Shown here piece after piece: positions 63,507 through 64,000 of a DNA stretch of 64,000 nucleotides (its first letter is position 1; each line of letters starts with the position of its first letter). The DNA is taken from the NCBI GenBank assembly GCA_043228905.1, contig JBHGNT010000012.1:8618001-8682000 (forward strand), given 5' to 3'. The position numbers and the translations under genes are program-made. This DNA comes from Azolla caroliniana. Taxonomy: Eukaryota > Plantae > Polypodiophyta. The notes under the pieces are model-generated. The model was given only the letters and a program-made list of their open reading frames with translations, ran no database searches and was not told where the DNA came from.

Positions 63507-64000
63507 TTAGTCGTTTAACTCTTCTTCTAATTGGCTAAGGACATCAAATTTGTTTGCGAGATTCGGACTATTAGTACTATTAGGACTATTATGACTATGA
63601 GGATTATCAGAGATTCCTACTGACATAGACTCGGGTTTAGTATAGTCAGAACTAACAATGACTTGGTTTACCTGCCTTCTTGGTCTATGGGGACAGTTTA
63701 TCGCGATATGCCCTGGTCCACCGCAATAAAGGCATAATCGGTTTGTTCGGCGTCGTTGCTTTTCCTCCTCCGATAGCGGCCCACGACGACGTGTAGTGTC
63801 AATTTCCATTGGAGTTGGAGTACTTACTGGAGGCGCATTATGTGACTCCCTTTGAAAAGGTTTCGCTACCATTGAGGCATAGGTAGGCTCGGATCTTGCC
63901 CTCGGCATCTGAAATTGTCGTTCCGAACGTCGCTCGAAGAGGCGGTTGTCACATCTGACCGCTCGACTGATTGCTTCTGTTAATGATTTTGGCTCTTCAG
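63507..64000 (-). CDS. gag: E3 gag C-terminal part
   Basis: PTPMEID, CLYCGGPGHIAINC. Confidence 0.9.
   Translation of the reverse strand, partial: EEPKSLTEAISRAVRCDNRLFERRSERQFQMPRARSEPTYASMVAKPFQRESHNAPPVSTPTPMEIDTTRRRGPLSEEEKQRRRTNRLCLYCGGPGHIAINCPHRPRRQVNQVIVSSDYTKPESMSVGISDNPHSHNSPNSTNSPNLANKFDVLSQLEEELND

Larger units (their letters stand above)
59452..64000 (-). mobile_element. Tcn1-like chromovirus E3 (5' end outside window)
   Basis: 3' LTR 59452-59930 (TGT...ACA), PPT 59931-59945, open pol, gag C-terminus; left flank GAACC is the predicted TSD. Confidence 0.95.

Overview
Eukaryotic nuclear DNA from a non-seed land plant, most likely a fern. This is inferred from Tcn1-like chromoviruses, a Phygy/Selgy-like non-chromovirus Ty3, and a plastid rpl2 fragment carrying unedited C-to-U codons. 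Two nests of transposons (1-19.8 kb and 38.7-64 kb) flank a gene island with two intact spliced genes: a 485-aa CoA-acyltransferase/condensation-fold protein (27987-30639) and a 426-aa secreted 11S-globulin-like bicupin with a GC-AG intron (34217-37003). Left nest: an L1-like LINE was hit by two related Copia elements and a non-autonomous Ty3 (which carries a hAT, a tandem array and the rpl2 fragment). The first Copia was itself hit by an intact, identical-LTR Tcn1-like chromovirus and by an LTR-like element. Right nest: a full-length LINE with TSD, and a Copia hit by two nested 4-bp-TSD LTR-like elements and by a Ty3 with an extra coiled-coil ORF, which was in turn hit by another Tcn1-like element. 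Most striking: five different LTR families carry a tRNA-like RNA polymerase III A-box/B-box cassette in antisense within U3. The Tcn1-like elements also show a Tf1-type self-priming architecture and a covarying -1 frameshift stem-loop.
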